The position numbers and the translations under genes are program-made. A stretch of DNA of 64,000 nucleotides from Amoebidium appalachense. Its lineage: Eukaryota; Protista; Ichthyosporea. Position 1 is the stretch's first letter. The number at the start of each line of letters is the position of its first letter. The notes under the pieces were generated by a model. The model searched no databases, was not told the origin of the DNA, and worked only from the letters and a program-made list of their open reading frames with translations. Below are positions 13,393-54,690 of the stretch, one piece after another. Location of the stretch: contig CAVNZM010000017.1 in the NCBI GenBank assembly GCA_963693365.1, positions 2,905,527-2,969,526 on the forward strand, in the 5' to 3' direction.

Positions 13393-14478
13393 TTAGTTCT
13401 TTGCCTTCTTGGGAGCGGGCTCCTCCTCCTCGTCCTCCTCCTCATCATCGTCATGTTCGCGCTTGCCATCCTCCTCCTCCTCCTCATCTTCGTCACCGTC
13501 GTCACCCTCCTCACCGTCATCTCCCTCCTCACCCTCACCCTCCTCGCCATCGTACTCGCCGTCATCCCCCTCCTCTCCTTCCTCGCCATCATCACCTTCG
13601 CCCTCCTCACCATCATCCCCCTCCTCGCCATCATCTCCCTCCTCACCGTCATCACCCTCCTCCTCCTCTTCATCACCGCCATCAACGGGCTCCTGTGGCA
13701 TAATACACAAGGGTAAGCTCGAATTCTCAGCAGGAGATAATGAAACACAAACGGTCTGCTCTGATGGGGCAACCTTAGAAAGAATGGATTGCGTGAGCTA
13801 TCAAGTTCACACCATAAGCAAAGGGAAACGGGGTAGGGGTTTCAGAGCAGTAACGACAGAGCAAGTGTGCCGAAGAAAGAACCAGGGAATGTAGACCCAC
13901 CTTTTCTTGGTGCTCGTCCCTCACGAACATCTGTGGCAGAGGGGTGAACCTGCATGAAAAAAGCCCGTGTCAGGGCCTGTCATAGCAACTCGGTTGATGC
14001 CATCCTCTTAACTACACCACCTAACAAGAACTGAAAACATCCATGAAGAAGTCAAGGAACTAAAACACGCTGTGAAATCGGTAGAGGGAAAGGAAGAAAG
14101 GCAACACTTCAGCGGCAACGGCATTTGCGAGCCAAGCATACACACCTGTTGCCGATGATGGAGGCAAGGGTGCTATCGAGGGCAAGGAAGATGTCCTCCT
14201 GTGGGGTAAAAAACTTGTTAGCACAACTCAAGTTACACTGAAACCGGTCGAGGGAACGTGTATTTAAGCACCATTCATGTAAGAACTGCACACACCTGTT
14301 AACACTGCACGAACTTGTCGTATACCTAAGAAGTCCGAGAGTAAAAGTTCTGCCAGAAGAGAAAAACTCAAACTAGCCAGAGACCAGACAACTCCAACTG
14401 ACAAGAGCAACCGACATGCTTGCTCATTACCTGTGCCTGGACGGACTCGAAGATTCTGTCAACGTTAAGGGTGGCCAT
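13393..14478 (-). CDS. Small highly acidic, probably disordered nuclear protein (149 aa) with a C-terminal bipartite NLS-like motif; prothymosin/ANP32-tail-like
   Basis: Phase-consistent exons 14478-14431, 14198-14146, 13949-13901, 13692-13393 give MATLNVDRIFESVQAQEDIFLALDSTLASIIGNRFTPLPQMFVRDEHQEKEPVDGGDEEEEE-(GDDGEE)n-...GKREHDDDEEEDEEEEPAPKKAKN*. The start context is AAAATGG. A probable 5'UTR intron spans 15087-14505 (GTACGT...CTGCAG). Confidence 0.8.
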
Positions 14479-17302
14479 TTTTGAAGGATTCAGTATGGAG
14501 ATGTCTGCAGAGGAAAAGAAAATGGGTCAGTTTAAAGTTCAGCTGAAGTGTGTCAAGAGCTTGACACAACATATCGGGGATAGGAACAACAAAAGCCCAA
14601 GCCACATCATGGAAGCAGATATCGGAAAAGGGGCCCCGTGTCCTCCTTATGATAAGGTCGGTTGATTTCTATCCAGATCAGGAGCGACATGTGAAGTTCT
14701 GATGTTCTGAATAGCTTGTTGAGGTATAAGGGAACAGCTTGTTGAGGTATAAGGGAGTAAGAAGGGGGAAAAGGCTGTCCGAGCTCTGCAACCCGCTACT
14801 GCTGCATCAAAACCGCTTGGGACGTCTGACTATCCGAGTCCATGCCCCACTTGGGCGAAAAGAGACTGATTATGTTCGATAATCACAGCCAAAAAGTTCA
14901 CCTAGGAAAAAACACTATGTTTTTTGCTGGTAACCGTGCATCTCAATCATCTCAAGAACGGGCCCAAACATAAACCTTGTAGCTGCAGTGGTTAAAATCG
15001 TTGCAACAGAGTGGGATGAGAGATGGGCCCAGGTCAGAGAGTAACACCTCCGACACACCTCCGACACATCATCAAAAAAAAACGTACCGGAGAAGTATTG
15101 AGAGGGATGCTACCGTAAACAAGACAGTTACCAACTGAAGTACAAACGGCCCCCGCCGCCGCAACCACACCCAGCCAGGCGACCAGTCATACGCCCGGAG
15201 GTGGGGTAAATTGAAAACAAAACCGAACCCTCATGCATGTTGACATATCAGCAGCTGTAATCATGCATATTGCAATTTTGTGGGCTTTCTCTAGTATATT
15301 AGCATTTTATAATTAAATTGTATATTGCAGGAGCATTTTACGGGGAGAAAACATAGGGTACCAGAGCGTTGCTCGAGGAAACACTATTTACTCACACTCT
15401 GTTACTGGCATCCACTCTTATTTGGATTGGACAAGACAGAGCCGATTCGACCATAAAAGGAAACACATTCTTTTCGGATGCGGCATGACCAAAGGGGGTG
15501 CAAAAGCCGGATGTCAAGAGCCAGAATCGTTTGTGTTTTCAAGTCCTCTAAATGCATTTTGTAGGGAGGTAGAATCAATGTTCCACACCCCAAAATCAAC
15601 TAGATGGTTATTTATTAAAACACCTAAGAGTATCAAATATTGATTTGGACAAGCTAAAAGTGTGGCTCTTGCTTCTAAATCAAGATATATTAGCAATCGT
15701 ATTCCCTACATCTAGCACAGTTTGGAGCCAGGAAAAAAATGTGTACTTTTTGCCCTCCTTCATTCCGTCCATATTAAGCTATCTAATTCTTCTGGTGATT
15801 GGAAGTCGTCACGACCTAATAGTGGACCAATTAGAAACTTTTCAGCCATCTTCCACCAATCATATATGGCTAGAAATGCGCGCCAAATCTAGTGATCCGG
15901 GTCGCGCCTGGGCCAGCCCAACTTGAGGCTTTTCCGGGGCAGTGCGTGATTCGACAGTTCATCCGTGGCTGTATTTCAACATGGAATATAGGTCTATACT
16001 AAAATAAAGGCAAATATTGAAACTCACTTTAAACACTTTAAAATGTTAATAAATGTATATATTTTTAGTGATTTGTTCCTATACCTATTTCATCTGAGTT
16101 TGCCGAGGCCAATTTCGCTTTTCAATCCGGTGGGACCGGTTCGAATCAGCACACTGCAGCTTGATTCGAACGCAAACAGCATGATTCGAATCGTTGGACC
16201 CGGAATTCTGACTCGGTGCTTTCTGCTGCTTTCTGCGCCGTGGTGTCCGGGACACGCAAAAAGCAGTTGACGCAAAAACGTTTTTTGTGTTGAAGTTAAT
16301 GTGTCCATGTGCTCTACGGAGAGACCATATAATAAAGGTGGACGAGTAGTATGCACGGTAGCTTTGATGCTTACCACGTTTGTGGCCCTCGTTATGCGTT
16401 CTACGGCCTCCATGTGGTGCCTTAGAGAAACGGCCATTGGAGATCAGGAAACGGGGGAAACCTGGCACAGGAAACAACAAAGACGCTCCTAGAAAAGCTG
16501 GCTGGGAGAATCGTTGAGGAGTGGGTGGGTACAGGCCATCTTGATAAAGTCATGTCGGACCGATATTGTGTGTGCTCGAAAACGATTGGAAAGTGCACAA
16601 GGTGGCATGGCAGCTCCGAAGATGATGTTCAACTTTGCATCACTAGGTCAGAGTCATTTCCTTTCTTATCAGAAAGACCGAATGATAGCCCAAAGAGGCA
16701 GGGGAAGCTATAGGCAGAACAAATTAATGTGCCTGATTTATTTTCTCTTTGCGCTCGAACCGGGGTGTCACAACCTGAAAACTCGGCATAGGGGGCACTT
16801 ACCTCATGTTAATTCAATTTGGAGCCTTGGCTCGTGTCAGACATCTGACAAGTTGGAAAGGGAGAGGGAGCGCCGGGGGAGGGGGAGGGGGAGGAAGGAA
16901 GGAGGGGGGAGGGGGGGGGGGGGGGGGGGCAGCAGGGGCAGGGCAAGAGAAAAGGAGAGGGGTGCATAGGTTGACACATCACACACATCTAATCCCTCGA
17001 ACCAAACATGTGAACTTGGGTTCATCGACCGAACCTGCACCGGCTAGGTCAACCATTTGTTATCCCTTGGCGATTCCTGTCTGCTATGCTCCATATGTTA
17101 TTAGAGACAGGTGTCTCCACAATGGTTTGTATCTGCAGCTTGTCAGCATTTTATAAGCTTATGCCCATTCCCGTGAGGTGCACCTTGAATGCCTCGTTTA
17201 TGCAGGCTGCCCTCTTCTCGTATCCTCTTCTGAATCAAGCTTCAACACCATAGCAACCCACTTGCCCTTCAGTTTTGACATACATGGTTGAAATCCCCCC
17301 CC

Positions 17303-17333
<31 letters not shown>

Positions 17334-17818
17334 ACCACCCCGTCTCTACTGTACCCTATCCCCCCCTCTGAGTGTCCGCCAACGTCCTCAGAGTTTCGTA
17401 TCTGCCTGGGTGTCACCTAAGTTTTGCACCGCACGTGGTCGAAACGGACTGGAGGTGTACACTGGCAAACCGTACCTTCGCACAGACTAGTTGATGCCAG
17501 CATCTGTTCTGCATGCCCGGGATATCTGTTTTTGTTATGGTTCATTGTTTAGCAGTACAAGGTAACTGTGTGTGTGTGTGTGTGTGTGTGCATCATGATT
17601 TGTCTGTGTTTGTGTGTGTGTGCGTGTGTGCGTGTGTGTGTGTGTAGAAAGAAGAAGGGTCGCCCGGAGCATGGCCCGGGGTTAAAGGTGGAAGAAGGGG
17701 GGGGGGGGAGGGGACTTCAAGCCAGGATGTTTTCGAGAGTCAGTTGTGAGAGAGAGTCAAACAGAAAGCACGACGGAAGCAAGAGTGAAAAGAGGGGTTT
17801 TTTTTTTATTTTTTGTTT

Positions 17819-17849
<31 letters not shown>

Positions 17850-18034
17850 GGGGGGCTAATTAGGATTCAATCTCGTCACGCACGTCCGCCATTCCCAAAT
17901 ATGGAAATGGGCATCGCGGCCAAACACGAAATACTGGAGTGATGGCCACTGTGGCATTAGCATTCCTCTATTAATTCCGGCAATTTTCTGGCCTTTCTTA
18001 ATCAGTATGCGGTTAGATGCCTCGACGTAATCGC

Positions 18035-18117
<83 letters not shown>

Positions 18118-18144
18118 CGCGCGCGTGTGTGTGTGCGTGTGCGT

Positions 18145-18180
<36 letters not shown>

Positions 18181-18483
18181 GTTGTAGCGACAAGGGGAGA
18201 GGGGGGGGGGGGGGGGGGAGGGGCGCGGAGGAGGGAGGAGGGGACCAACACTAGATAAGGAGACTTCCAAGGGTCAAAACAGATAACACCACAGAAGCCA
18301 CGAGTGGACCGGAAGAGAGAGTGTGTTCTTTAGCAGGCTTTTGGCCGGGCAGGCACGCCGCAGGGAGGGGGGGGGGATGCTAAGATATGGATATTGGGGG
18401 AGAGGGGGGAGGGGAGGGGGGGATGCTAAGATATGGATTGGGGTGGGGGTGGGGGTGTGTATGTGTGTGTGTGTGTGTGTTGG

Positions 18484-18524
<41 letters not shown>

Positions 18525-19687
18525 GGGACGCGAAGATATGGATACGACCGGAAGTCCCCTAAGTCACCGAGAAGTTGAATTATTGGCTGGCCACTGCACC
18601 CCCAATTCTGGCTCCCACAAGAGATCACCGTGACTCAGTTGTCCCACAATCAAATACGTAAAGACTGTAAATAAAATTTCATTGATGCTAGGGTTCATTT
18701 GCCTCTTGGTGACCACCCGTGAAACTTTGTTAAAAACGCAGCAGCTGTCCTGCCTGCTGCAGTGTGGTTTCCCGATGTGGTCTAATTATTGTATGTGGTC
18801 ACCCGTAAACTCTTTTGCTAAATCTGTCCATTCTCTCGGTCAATTAGACTTGTTGCTGATTTCAGCCTCTGCACATTAATGTAACACCCCTATAAATAAA
18901 TCAGGTTTCGATTCCTTACAGTGCTTGAAATTCGAATGCCTTTCTTATGGGGAGGGGGTGCACGTGCCACTGGTCCCCCCCCCCTCCCCCCCCCCCCCCC
19001 CCCCCCCCCAACTTAATGCCCCCCCCCAGTACACGTTGCTTTATCTGATGTACCTTATTCTCCTTAGCAACCAAATGCCTGTGTTCAGCTCGTACATACA
19101 CCAGATTAGTATTGCCAATAGTGGTCGACTCAGATTTGCCTGGGCCAGGGTGACATCGGATGCACGGACCGGCAATATACGCCTATTGTATATATGTGTT
19201 CATTGGGCGATGCTGGCCGTCGTGATCCTTTAATTTACCCACTTAGCATATACTCACGATTGGAAGCCCTTTATATTATTGCTTTATAAATTACCCACGG
19301 TAGTCTAGATCTACAAATATTTGGCTGGGCCACTAGCTGTGACCCGCGACTTTCGAATATTGCCAGAGATCGTACTCAGTTATCCCACAATCAAGCACTC
19401 AAAACGCCGGCTTTTAGTTAACCGTTGCCGGCCACAGTATGACTTGGGCGACCCCTTGAAAATCATCTCGAGCAGATGACCTGTAAGGCGACGCTGAGGA
19501 GACAACGAATTCCTCTGCGATATAAAAATGTTGTCACCCATCACCTATGACAGGTTGCTCATGATCAATAAATCGATATCCAGCTCCAGCATCAATCATC
19601 CCCCCCCCCCCCCCCCCCCCCCCCCCTCCCTCCCACAATCCCCCCCCGAACACACACATACACACACGTGCGCGCGCACACACACAT

Positions 19688-19732
<45 letters not shown>

Positions 19733-19992
19733 GGCCCTGGCCCCCTTCACCCGCTCAACCCGCCACCCCAACTTTGAAATCAGGTGCCATGGGACTACCT
19801 GGACCATACTATTTATAGTTGCAGACCTTTACCGTTCTGGTGTGATCACACGAACATTGTGACCTGGGTGCCAGAGTTGTGTATTTGAAATTTATTATTC
19901 CTTGCTCTGAACAAACACATTCGTCACAGACGATCTTTCACAAACATTATCAGCCTCTCTCTCGCTCTTACACACCAGTGCCTTCCCCCCCT

Positions 19993-20024
<32 letters not shown>

Positions 20025-20041
20025 CCCCCCCTCCCCCCTCC

Positions 20042-20078
<37 letters not shown>

Positions 20079-20381
20079 CACCCGAAAACCTTGGAACAAC
20101 ATATGCCCTTGGGGGTATGAAGGCAATTACCAACTCGAACCTTACATAAAAAATTCTAATACGGGTCCCGCACCGTGACGCCACACAAAAGGAAACAGCA
20201 TAGGGGTTGTTATCTTCCGATCGCAAGAGAATCAGTAGGTTATGGCCAACTGTAGGCGTCAGTATATTATGATACATATTCCCCCAAAATGGCCGGCGAC
20301 AGAAAAAAGATAACATTACCTCTGCATAGCCCCCCCCCCCCCCCCCCCCCCCCTCTCTCTCTCTTCCCGTGTCCTTGAATC

Positions 20382-20417
<36 letters not shown>

Positions 20418-20620
20418 TTGTAGTTCTAGTACGTGGCGGAAAACCAACCGAAACAAATCCTGACGGGTGTGGAAACGGAAAAAATAAAAAACAAAACAAA
20501 ACCAAAAAAACAGGAAAGAACGGAGGAACATAAATGGAAAAAGTAGACAGAAAGGAGCAAGACAATGGCGAAGCGAAGCCCGGGTAACCAAAAAAAGAAA
20601 AAAGAAGCACCTACTCAGCT

Positions 20621-33346
<12,726 letters not shown>

Positions 33347-34291
33347 ATTTACGGTAGATTAGGAACGGGAAAAGGAAAATAAAGTGTGTGTGAAGAACGT
33401 TTTTGCCTACCGACGCAAGGAGTTGCAGCTATGTGTATACTAATGTTGTGTCTCTCTGCACCGACTGTGTCACTGTGTCACTGAGAAGTACACGTGCAGG
33501 TGCACGGTGCCGCTCTCCCGAGTTTTTGGATGTCGCGCCACAGGAGGAAAGCAAGCGAATGGAAAACAAGTATGTTAAACTTTATATGGTAGTTTCTGAA
33601 AGATTCGTAGTCAAAAATAGTTATTTGTTCGACCGTTTGTTTGGATGCGTGTTTTGAGTGCTTGGTAATATGAATAAAGGATTACAGCTTTTACATAACG
33701 CATGAAATATTTATAAAAAACATTTAAGGGGCTATTAAAAAAGATATTAGTAAGCGCCTGAACACTTAGTTGAATTAAAAAAAAAAGAGTTTCGCCGCTA
33801 CATTAGGCAGCAAAGGACGAGCACCGATTAGATCTCGATCGACTGGATTTGAACCGATCGGAGATCTGAGCCGCTTTGGCCCACAAAAAAAAAACTTCGA
33901 AGATCTAGAAAAGAAGAAAAAAAAAAGAAAACGAAAAGGCTTCCGTTTCCAGTCAGCAAGCGGCTGGCCGCACAGATTCAACATATTTCATAGAATAAAA
34001 GTAGGAGTTGTTTTTTTTATTAGGTAGCGAGGGGTTTTTTTTTAGTTGTTACATGAACCTGTTCAGGAGCTGCCTCTTCTAACACGCTTAACTTTCTTAA
34101 TGCCTGGGTAACGGGCTCACAACAGTAAACCAAGGTTTGATCATACGGAATCGGCTTCAAAAATCGAAACAGATAACCCGTTGAGCAAGTTTTTTGTTTT
34201 GCAGGGGCAGGGGTCACTCGTTTAGTTGATAATTTTCCTCTATATTTTGCCAGCGTCCGCCCGAGAAAGCCGTATATACATCACCGATAAA
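33347..34291. promoter_or_regulatory. Shared divergent promoter/5'UTR region of NOP2 and ARPC4
   Basis: The head-to-head ATGs are 945 bp apart. The region is AT-rich and free of microsatellites. Confidence 0.6.
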
Positions 34292-42112
<7,821 letters not shown>

Positions 42113-42198
42113 GCGCCAGCCGGCCGCCATAGTCATGAAACATATAGACACCAAACACCGAGGGACCGTCATCACAGAACAACAGCTTGATACCATGA

Positions 42199-42204
42199 AA
42201 TAAA
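42199..42204 (+). terminator. Probable polyadenylation signal of ARPC4
   Basis: AATAAA about 90 nt after the stop codon, followed by a T/GT-rich stretch (ttattgtctttgtgtc). Confidence 0.55.
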
Positions 42205-42385
42205 GATGCAAAAATCATACTGTAAATGTGCCCTTATTGTCTTTGTGTCAAATTTCTGGTAGCAAGACTAAGTGTGCTGAAAAGAGGGGAGAGAAGGCTG
42301 AGAAGGGGTGACCTTCCAGGTTTGGCGGTAGGCTAACTGAGAATGAAGATGTTGTGTATAAAGGTGGGGTGTGTGTGTGTGTTTT

Positions 42386-42424
<39 letters not shown>

Positions 42425-42558
42425 GAGGGCAGGAGGAAGGAGTGTGGGGTAGGGTCCAGTTATGCTATCAGGCCAGTTGGGGTTTGTATGCAGGACAAAA
42501 ATGGAGAGTGGGAAAGGTGGCGACTATTGGCATGCTGTAAATGATTTTTGACCCCCCC

Positions 42559-42594
<36 letters not shown>

Positions 42595-42596
42595 AC

Positions 42597-42644
<48 letters not shown>

Positions 42645-43873
42645 AAAAAATCCGGATCGGTCAATCTGACAGCTAAAAATTCTGACATTCTGAAAATTCT
42701 GAAATTTGCATTAAAGGGGTTTACGACTAAAAGAGAGCGCATCGATTGGCTACTCGCGCACCGTGCACCTATCATGTGGCACATCATAGTCACGCATATG
42801 TCACGACATATGTACGGCGTCCGTGCACGCTTCTAGCCCTTGAGTCACGATTTGCCCTGGACTAATCACTATTTATATATGAATAGGCTCAAAAATTGTA
42901 AAGGTCAATCCGGAATAGCACAGAGATCAGCTTATAATTACAGGCAAACACAACGTTGAACCTGCGACTTTATCCTCTCCGGGACGGCTCTGCTATAGAG
43001 TAGATGGACCGTGCTCGGCCAATCAGGTAACATCCGTTGTCGCCAGGCCATGACTCGAAGGTGACACAAGCAAGTATAGCGCAGAATTCCTTCAGGTGCT
43101 GTGCAGCTGACAAGAAATAAATTATTTTTGATATTATACTGGTATTTTTTTTCTTCTTTCAAAACTTCTTGACCTAAAAACAATGTTGCGGATTTATAGA
43201 AGGTTCCGGCAGGATGTCGACTGCGATTGGACAAAATGCACTGGTCAGAGTCGAAGGAATTGCGTCATTCTGTTTGTATGTATCATCATTACACGTTTAA
43301 GTATGGATACTACTTCATAAACAAACGTTACAGGAACTATATAAAAATCTTTAGTTTAACATATAATAATGCATGATCGAGTCGCAGATGTTACAAGGGG
43401 CAAGGTACAAGATGACAGGTATCGAATCGGATGAAGCGAAGGGAATTTCAGAAAAACACATATCAAAATCTTAGTGGGTTGATGTCATGCAAGCTTTCTA
43501 CCAAATTATAAGTATCCAATAGAAACGCGCTATCTTTAAGTATATAAACACACGGAAAGCGAAACTCAAGGCTTTGTAGCGCCGACGTATCAGTTTTGTG
43601 TGTGTGTTTTGTAGCCACGGGAAGAAATTCAGTCTTCTTTCATCTTTAATATTAACACCTTTTCCTCTGTACGTCTCTTATCGGCCTTCAAAGCTTTATT
43701 TTCTTTAGGCACGTAAGAATTAACTGGAAAGCTCCTTCATTCCAGTGTTTGCCCCATACTCTTAACATCACTCCAGCCACCGGGGCTCTTCTTTTCTCAG
43801 TGCAAATTATCAGCAGGGTTTACTTTAGGTCCTGGTACGGATTACAATAGATAGCACGCGGAGAAATTTAGCG

Positions 43874-50811
<6,938 letters not shown>

Positions 50812-52134
50812 AAGAAGGGGGGGGAGAGAGTGTGGAGCCCGGAGCTCGAGGAGGGAGGGTGTGTACGGGGGCGACGAAGGGAGGGGGATGGGGAGGGGGG
50901 GAGGAGGGGAGAGGGGAGGGGGAGAGGGAGGGAGGGGGAGGCAAGGGGGGGAGGGGGGGGGTCGTTTTTTTGATGATGAGAAAGATATGGATATTAAAGT
51001 TCCGTTGGATTGTGAGTTTGTGTCGTGAGGCTGCAGCTAGTACGTTTTGGGGGTGGGGGGGGGGGGGTGCTTTTTTTGACCTTTATCCATGAGCCACTTT
51101 TTAATTTGTCCTTGTTGTTTTCTCGGCTTGACACTGAGAACTGTTTCTTCTTAATCCTTTTCTTTTTACCTACCAACCAAACTGGTTAGCACCAAAATAC
51201 CGAAAAGAGTGAGTGCGAGATCTGGAGTGAAGAGAGAGAGAGAGAGCCCAAATTGCTAGTTGCGGTCTAGTCGATGTACATATTTGGGCACAGAAAGTGT
51301 CTCGTTCTATGCCGTTACACGTACTTATTGTTGGTGATTTTCTAATAACCTACTTGATGAAAAGTGAACGGTTGTAGTATCTTGAAAGACTCTGCAGCTT
51401 GTACAAGCTGCAAAGGGTCGCTGTGTACCGTACTACTTCACAGTACACAGTGAAAGGGCGAGGAAGTAAACGGACACGTGATGTGATACGTATACACTGG
51501 GATCATTGCACTTTATTGGCCGCTCCCTCCGCCCAATCCGGAAACACAACATGTGTCCCATATGCAAGAGGGTGAGGTGCATGACCAAGGTGAACGGCCT
51601 CTAATCTAGGGATAATGTCACGTTTTGGTGATGACTTTGTCCGCGGTTTGTGTGCGTGTTTGTGTGCGTGCGTGCGTGCGTGTGTGCGTGTGTGCGTGTG
51701 TGTGTGTGTATGTGTGTGTGTGTGTGTGTGTTTGCGCGCGCGTCTGTGCTTGTGTGCGTGTGTCGGTGTCGTGTGTGTGTGTGTGTGTGTGCGCGCGCGC
51801 GCGTGCGTGTGTGCATGAAGGGAAGGGAAGAGCAGAAAGGGGAGGGGGGGGGGGGGGGGGGGGGTTTACTGAGAACACATAAACATCCGAATGTGATGTG
51901 TACTGAAAGTCGAAAATTCAGTCGATGTACATGTTAGACTATCGGCTGAGTTATTGTACGATTAACGATATTTATGTGGATATAAGTGGATGAAGGGTGT
52001 AGTAGAGGTATCATAACATAAAGACCTGTTTACAAACTTTGAAAGAAGTTTCTTAGGACTACAAACTTCAAAAAGAACAAAGGTACACACGAGCGGTGTG
52101 TGTGTGGTGGGGGAGGGGTGGGGATGATGGTGGT

Positions 52135-52209
<75 letters not shown>

Positions 52210-52216
52210 GGGGAAG

Positions 52217-52252
<36 letters not shown>

Positions 52253-52904
52253 GGGCTGTATACGTACAATGGTACTTGAAAGTTTGTCGGTGTATTTCTT
52301 AGCAAAAAACATGAGGGTGACCCTGATGCCGCACCCTTTGTACGTATCAGCTTTAGCTCTATTCAATATACTATTGGCATGGAGGGGAACCATGCACGTG
52401 AAGCTGGGCGGGCCACCCAGACATATCCACTGAGTTAGCTGTGTATTTGTTGCAGGTAGATTAGAACATTTTTGAGGACCGGGTGTGATTGTGGGACGGT
52501 ACTACACATGGGCATATTTGTATGATCATCATTATGTGCTTTGGTCGACAAGTGGCCTTGCCGTGTAACAGTTCGTGTTGATATGGCATAGCCTAGCCAG
52601 TATTACATCATTATGATGCATGCGGGTGCGGTTCACGTACGTAACGGAAGAAGTTGAAACTTGGATATATGATACGTTGCAGTATATGCAGTCTAACGGA
52701 CATATAAAATAATTGCGGCCTTTAAAACATTAAATCTTTTGTTTGCCTTGTTATCATTGAACTTCAAATGAAGGTTTCCAACTCAATTGAGTTGAGCCGC
52801 CCCAGGCCGGCACAGGCCGAGGGCGAAGTCGGATCCGGAGGGCAGAGGTGGCCCTGGGGCCGGCGGGTTGTTTGCTGGTGGTTGGTGGTGGTGTTTGGGT
52901 GGGT

Positions 52905-52945
<41 letters not shown>

Positions 52946-53305
52946 CTCACTGAATACACGGTGTGATGATCCGGAGTGGAGCACGTCAACTTGAAGGTTG
53001 TATTTCAATTGTTGAACAAGCACCAGCATGCACAACCCTTACGCTGCCGTAGATACCTGTAGCCAAGAACAAAAGGAAGCCTAAGAGCTGCGAATTGAAT
53101 GTATAAGATCACCCGTTCATGTTGCAATTGAAAGAGAAAGCCGCAGTGTCAATGCAATGAAATGTTGAAAGTTTAACCTGCTCACTAAATACGAACTGTG
53201 GTACCACTGGAACATTGTGCATATGCCAAGCAATTGCCATGTAATCCCCCCCCCCCCCCCCCCCCCCCCCCCCGTGTGTGTTTGTGTGCCGTGTGTGTGT
53301 GTGTG

Positions 53306-53399
<94 letters not shown>

Positions 53400-53457
53400 C
53401 GCGCGTGTGTGCTTGTGTATTTGTGTCGTGAGTGTGTGTGTGTATTCGTGGGGGGAC

Positions 53458-53491
<34 letters not shown>

Positions 53492-54045
53492 GTAGTGCAC
53501 ATAGGGAGCTTAGGGTAAGAAGCTGACGGATCATTTGCCTACATGTTGTCACTTGGAAGCTATCATGGAGTTGAGCCTATTACCATCGCGCCACAATGAC
53601 CGAGAAGAATGTCGTCACCGTAAAGATTTGAATTTTTTTTTTGTTTAGTATGACTTTTTTGATTGAAAAGCTCGTCAAAGTAGAGGCAATCGAGAGATCA
53701 ATGATATCTCAGTGAAGAAGGAATACAAAAACCTCCTACTCTCGGACATGGAGGAGATAATGACTCAAATAGTCATACACCCTAGAAAACTCGTTAAACA
53801 TTTGGTGATTTAATAAATAATCACTGAATAGATGTAATATCAGGATTATCTAAATAAGCCAGTCTTCGAACTTCCAACGGGATAATCTGAGATAAATAAA
53901 TACATCTATCCAAGTGTTTACGAGAAAAGGGTTCTGTGCAGAAGTGGCACAAACGCTTATGGAAAGAAAGGTTACAGCGCCAAAATAAAAGTTTAGGATA
54001 TACATTTGTGTAGTCGAAGGTATGGATGGTGTATCATGTTTAGTA

Positions 54046-54530
54046 GGGACCCAACCACATCGGCAGAGTCGAATTGCAAAAAGCAGAATTATTCTGCAAA
54101 AATCGGAATTATTCTGCAAAAAGCGGATCATTCTGCAAAAAGCAGAATCACCCTGCATTAAGATTTAGCAGAATTATTCTGCCTTAGCAGAACTATTCCA
54201 CAAAAGCAGATTCACCTTGCTTCTCGCAGAGTTGTTCTGCTTTTAACAGAATTTTCCCACAAAAAGCAGGATAATTCTGCTAAAAGCAGAATAATTCTAA
54301 TAATTCTGCTTCTGGCGGATTGATTCTGCTTTTAGCAGATCGATTCTGCTTTTGCGAAATAATTCTGCTGAAAGCAGAGCGATTCTGCTTTTGCAGAATA
54401 ATTCTGCTTTTAGCAGAATAATGAATAATTCTGCTTTTAGCAGAATAATTCTGCTTTTTACAGAATTTTTCCGCCTTTTGCAGAATGATTCTGTTCGGAC
54501 CAAGTTGACTCAGCCAATGTCGTTGGGCCC
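54046..54530. mobile_element. Foldback-like MITE, copy 1
   Basis: Imperfect TIR GGG(A)CCCAACCACATCGG...CCAATGTCGTTGGGCCC. The interior consists of ~19-bp units AAAAGCAGAATTATTCTGC that switch orientation near the middle. It is flanked by a direct repeat TTTAGTA (54039-54045, 54531-54537). Confidence 0.75.
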
Positions 54531-54658
54531 TTTAGTAGGGTAGGGGGGTAAGGGAGGATCTTGTTTCCAATATACCACCAACTTCACAAACAAAAAGGGC
54601 CGTGCCAGTAATTCAAAATTTGTTTATGTTGGAAGAAAAAGGAGAGGAGAAGGGGATG

Positions 54659-54690
<32 letters not shown>

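Noticed and set aside
13393-14478. ANP32 or nucleoplasmin assignment for the acidic protein
   Set aside because: No leucine-rich repeats or core domain are present upstream, only about 50 aa.
16125-16200. GGTTCGAATC resembling a tRNA B-box
   Set aside because: No T-stem, A-box or cloverleaf. It is part of short inverted TTCGAATCA/TGATTCGAA repeats.
15200-20600. Possible hidden multi-exon gene between the acidic protein gene and NOP2
   Set aside because: No phase-consistent exon chain or recognisable peptide was found by eye. It cannot be fully excluded.
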